This document shows, one piece after another, positions 59,510 to 64,000 of a DNA stretch of 64,000 bases. The DNA is taken from assembly GCF_009914755.1 (NCBI RefSeq), contig NC_060931.1, one strand, 5' to 3'. The DNA comes from the human T2T-CHM13v2.0 reference genome, Homo sapiens. The position numbers and the translations under genes are program-made. Below the pieces are notes generated by a model, which was given only the letters and a program-made list of their open reading frames with translations, had not been told where the DNA came from and searched no databases. Position 1 is the stretch's first letter, and each line of letters opens with the position of its first letter.

Positions 59510-59863
59510 TGTATTAGGCTGCTTGGGCTGGCATAACAAAATACCATATACTGGGTGGCTTAAACAACAGAATCTATTTTCTCACAGTTCCAGAGGCTGG
59601 GAAGCCCAAGATGAAGGTGCTAGCAGTTCATTTCCTGGTGGAGACTCTCTTACAGGCTTTCAGAGAGCTGGCTTTCTTGCTATGTAGAGGGTGGGCAGGA
59701 GATCTTCTTAAAAGACCACCAATTCTGTTAGATTAGGGCCCCACCTTTATGATCTTTTTAAACCATAATTACCTCCTAAAAGCCCTGTTTCCAAATATAG
59801 TCACACTGGGAGTTAGGGCTTCAATATATGAATTTTGGGGGAAACACAATTCAGGCCATAGCA
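59510..59863 (-). mobile_element. MLT1A0-like solo LTR
   Basis: CATAACAAAATACCATATACTGGGTGGCTTAAACAACAGAA...AGGGCTTCAATATATGAATTTTGGGGG...CCATAGCA. Confidence 0.85.
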
Positions 59864-60384
59864 TTTTACAATGTGACCTCATGCTGTAATACAAAGAACA
59901 TAAACATTTTATTTAAAGAAGCTTGAAATTGAACTCAAATTCCATTACAAAGAAGCTAGTTATTTTAACTCCTCCAAGTTTCCATTTTCTTAACTGTAAA
60001 ATGGGGAATGAACATTTATTTCATAGGATTGTTTTCTTTTTGTCCCAGTTTTTTCTTTACTCCTGTTTTTCTTTATTGCCTTCTTTGGGAATAATCAAGT
60101 TATTTTTTGATTTTTCTCTATTTTTTCAGTTACAAGCTTTTGTATTCTTATGATTTTCTTAGAGATTACCATATGCATCTTTGATCTATTGGAATCTCTA
60201 TAAATTAATAGTATTACTACTTTTTGGAAAATAAAATAATCTTACAATATGCAAACTGTTCTTATCCTCCTCCTATATTTTGTGCTATTGCTATCATGTG
60301 TTGGCTGCTATCAACAAATTGACATTTCAGCTCCAATTTTACTCTTTGATGTCTGTTCTGTGAAAATGAGAATGGGCCTAGGTC

Positions 60385-60754
60385 TGCCTTAGTTTTAGTG
60401 CTGCTATAACAAAATGCCACAGACTAGGTAATTTATAAAACATGGCAATTTATTTGGCTCATAGTTCTTGAGGCTGGAAGTGGCTGCTTCTTGTGAGGAC
60501 CTTCTGGCTGCTTCATCCTGTGGCTGAAGGCATCACATAACAAGAGAGTACAGGAGATACAGCAAGAGGACCCAACTTTTTTTCCTAACAATCCCACTCT
60601 CAGAATAACGAACCTACTCCTGCAGTAACATCACTGATCTATTCATGATTGCAGAGCCGTCATGACCTTGTAAAGGTCCCACCTATCAGCACTGTTACAC
60701 TGGGGATTAAGTTTCTACCACATGAACTTTAGGGGACACATTCAAATTGTAGCA
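60385..60754 (-). mobile_element. MST-family solo LTR
   Basis: GCTGCTATAACAAAATGCCACAGACTAGGTAATTTATAAA...GGGGACACATTCAAA..GTAGCA. Confidence 0.82.
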
Positions 60755-61212
60755 GGGCCTATAAACTGTTTTCTTTGCCAGTTGTGGATGTTAAACTTTG
60801 ATAGAAGTGCTGAGAAAAGTCATTACTGGAGGAGAGAGTATTCTTTCCCGGTTCTGCTATGGCTGTCTCACCAGGTTTTTCCAGGGTGTGCTTTTTTCTA
60901 CACTGCACAGCCCACGTGGTTTTCTTCAGGGCTAGGCACCTCCAGGGTGCACCCTTCTGCAGCATTTAACTGTTGAGTGTTTTCTGTAAGTATCCACTTG
61001 GGTAGCAGTGACCTTGGCCCAAGTCATACAAAGAAGTGGGCTATATTCCTGAAGAGGGAGACCTGTCAAGCTCCTGAATCTAGCAGTGCCTACAACAGCT
61101 CCCAAATTCCCTCTGTAAGCCCAATTTCCTCTGTCTACCTGCTCATCAGCCTTAGCTCACCTGTGTCCTGCAAGTTTGTTTCCTGTGATCCTCTTATTGC
61201 AGATACCATGAG

Positions 61213-61564
61213 TTTATTAGTCAGGGTTCTCTAGAGGGTCAGAGCTAATAGGAGATATATATATATATATATATATATGTATCAGACTTGGAGTCTGATG
61301 TTTGAGGGCAGAAAGCATCTAGCATGGGAGAAACATGTAGGCAGAGAGGTTAGGTCAGTCTAGCCTTTTCACATTTTTCTGCCTGCTTTATATTTGCTGG
61401 CAGCTGATTAGATGGTACCCACCCAGATTAAGGGTGGGCCTGCCTTGCCCAGCCCACTGACTCAAATGTTAATCTCCTTTGGCAACACCTTTACAGACAC
61501 ACCCAGGATCAATACTTTGCATTCTTCAATCCAGTCAAGTTGACACTCAGTGTTAACCATCACA
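61213..61564 (-). mobile_element. MLT2A1-like (HERV-L) solo LTR with internal deletion
   Basis: TATTAGTCAGGGTTCTCTAGAGGG...(TA)n...CAAGTTGACACTCAGTGTTAACCATCACA; 5-bp TSD ATGAG. Confidence 0.88.
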
Positions 61565-62754
61565 ATGAGCCACAGACCTCATGTCTACAATCCCCCTATA
61601 TCTTTACACCTGCCTACAACCATCAGCTTGCCTGAATGAACAGAAGTTCTTTCCTTTTTTGTTTGGCTCCTGTGGGTTATCTCTGGCCTGGAATACCCAG
61701 ATAATTTCTCCAGCATCTACTGGGCTACAACCAATCTTCAATAAAGTCTGATTTCCCTCCAAAGTTTGTCCTTCCTTGAGTATTCTACTTCCCCAGAATA
61801 CCTGTTAGAGTTCTCGTTATATCTTTGTGGTTACTCTGTTTCTGCCTCCTGCTAGGGCTTGGGGTGATACATCTGATAATTTTACTGTGCACTAAAACTT
61901 GTAAAGGCAACTTCTATTTTCAGCCTAGATGAAGTACCTGGGACTGAATATAACCACCTGCCGGAAGCAAATAAAAATTGGACAAAATATAAGAAACACT
62001 TATTTTCAAACATTGTCTATGACAGAACACAGTAATTTTGAGAGCTGGGAACTCACCAGGAGAACTCTATGATTTCCCTCACTTACTGATGTGAAAGACT
62101 TTCCAGATCAGTGCACAAGGAAGGAAAATCCAGCTGGAGCCTGACGGTGTTCCTCAGTTATAGAGAAACTGAGAGATGGAAGGGAGTTTAGGCAGCTGGA
62201 ATTTGCAGGGAAGAGTTCCAGAATGGGGGAGTCTGGAGACCCATAGAGGATTTCAGTTGAATCTTCAGTTGAGTATTTATCAGTGTACATTTGAGAAGAA
62301 ACTCTGAGTCTGAGTAAAAAGAAAACTACATGAAAGGATTAGAGAAAGCAATCCTCAAAACATGAACAGAATCAGCAATAATGTTTGTTCCCATCAGCCA
62401 GAATGGAAAATAACTCATAATTCGAGGATTTGGGTGCAGTATTGCATCAATAGTGAGTAAAATTAGCTCTAGAATAAAGGCTCCTCCAATTATGTGTAAC
62501 AAATTTAAAAGCAAGACTCCAAAAGACCAAACTCTTCCCATGTAACTTAACTGCTTCTTAGAGTAAAGTTCAAGGATATTAATAGGATTACAAAAATATC
62601 TAGCCTTCAACAAGGTAATATTCACAATTTAAAAATTGTCAGGCATGCAATGAAGGAGGAAAATGCAACTCGTATGAACAGAAAAATCAATCAAAACAAA
62701 CTGGAAAGTGATGCAGATGAAAGCGCAGACAAGGACTTTAAAAATATATAACTA

Positions 62755-63061
<307 letters not shown>

Positions 63062-63261
63062 CTATCTATCTAAACTATGTTTTGTATGTTCAATAAGATG
63101 GAGAAAAATTTAGCATGTTAAGGGATGTGTAATATATCAAAAAACCTAAAATCAGCTTCTGGAGATAAAATCTGCAAAGTCTGGGATGAAAAGTTTACTG
63201 GAAGGGATTAACAGAAGACTAGGTACTGTAGAAAGATTAGTAAACTTGAAGGCATAGCAAA

Positions 63262-63855
63262 TGATGGGGTTCAAAACACACTACCCCAAAATATGACACC
63301 TTGGCATATGGAGTATTGTAAGCTGAAGGAGGCTGAGAAAACCTCAGAAGCAGGAAGTTCTCTCTGACCTTCTCCTACCTTTCTCCCCTGAAGCACGTAA
63401 TAAAGGCTAGAAAGAATCCTCTGACCTTCTGTCCCAATGCAGGTCATAAAACTTAGAAATAATATTCTCACCTTTCCTTGGAGGATATTATAAGACCCTC
63501 ATATGAGAGGTACCCTCCCTGTACCCAAAGGCAAGGAAGGCCCTTCTCTTTGAAGACATAGGGACATAGAGAATAATCAGAACAAATAAGCCTCGCTAAA
63601 TTTCCCCCAGTTCATCATCATTAGATCATACCCTCTTTGTCTAATTCTGCTTCTCAATGGCTATCCATTTCTTCATCAAACTTAGCATAAAAATACGTTT
63701 CCCTGTTTCTTTGGGTCTTCATTACTGAAGGCTCTCATGTCACATAAAATTTATTAAATTTGTATGCTTTTGTCTTATTAATATGTCTTTATCGGTTTTA
63801 TTGTTAAAGCTGGTCAGGGACTCTAAGAAGGTCAAGGAAAATCTGCTTCCCCTAC
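63262..63855 (+). mobile_element. ERV1 solo LTR, MER31/MER67 family
   Basis: TGATGGGGTTCAAAACACACTACCCCAAAATATGACACCTTGGCAT start and CTTCCCCTACA end. Confidence 0.72.
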
Positions 63856-64000
63856 ACAATTAAAATATCCAAAATGACAGAATGCAGAAGAGAAATGACT
63901 GACAAAAAGGCGCATCAATAAGCTTTGGAACAACTTCAAGTTACTCAATACATGTATAATTTGAGTCTATAAACTATAGAAGTGAAAAGGACATAAAAAT

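Overview
This is AT-rich, repeat-dense primate genomic DNA, almost certainly human because it carries an Alu with all five AluYa5 diagnostic changes. It looks intergenic or deep-intronic. I can support no protein-coding gene, tRNA or rRNA: every recognisable ORF in the track is a decayed L1 ORF2 fragment or an Alu read-through. The main contents are a complete non-coding MER4-group ERV1 provirus (32-5680: two LTRs, 4-bp TSD, tRNA-Arg PBS), several L1PA and old L1M fragments including a twin-primed, 5'-inverted L1PA (55003-58046), about a dozen Alus/FLAMs, many MaLR/ERVL solo LTRs, and DNA transposons (MER2, Tigger1, Tigger2a, MER58A, MER33). Subfamily names come from recalled consensus sequences and need RepeatMasker/Dfam confirmation. 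I did not find a convincing new biological system. The most notable signals are mutational scars readable in the sequence: (i) an Alu-Alu unequal-crossover tandem duplication with a chimeric middle Alu, (ii) at least five short locally templated insertions or duplications, some at deletion junctions, and (iii) a perfect 112-bp AT-rich palindrome with mirror-image variants.
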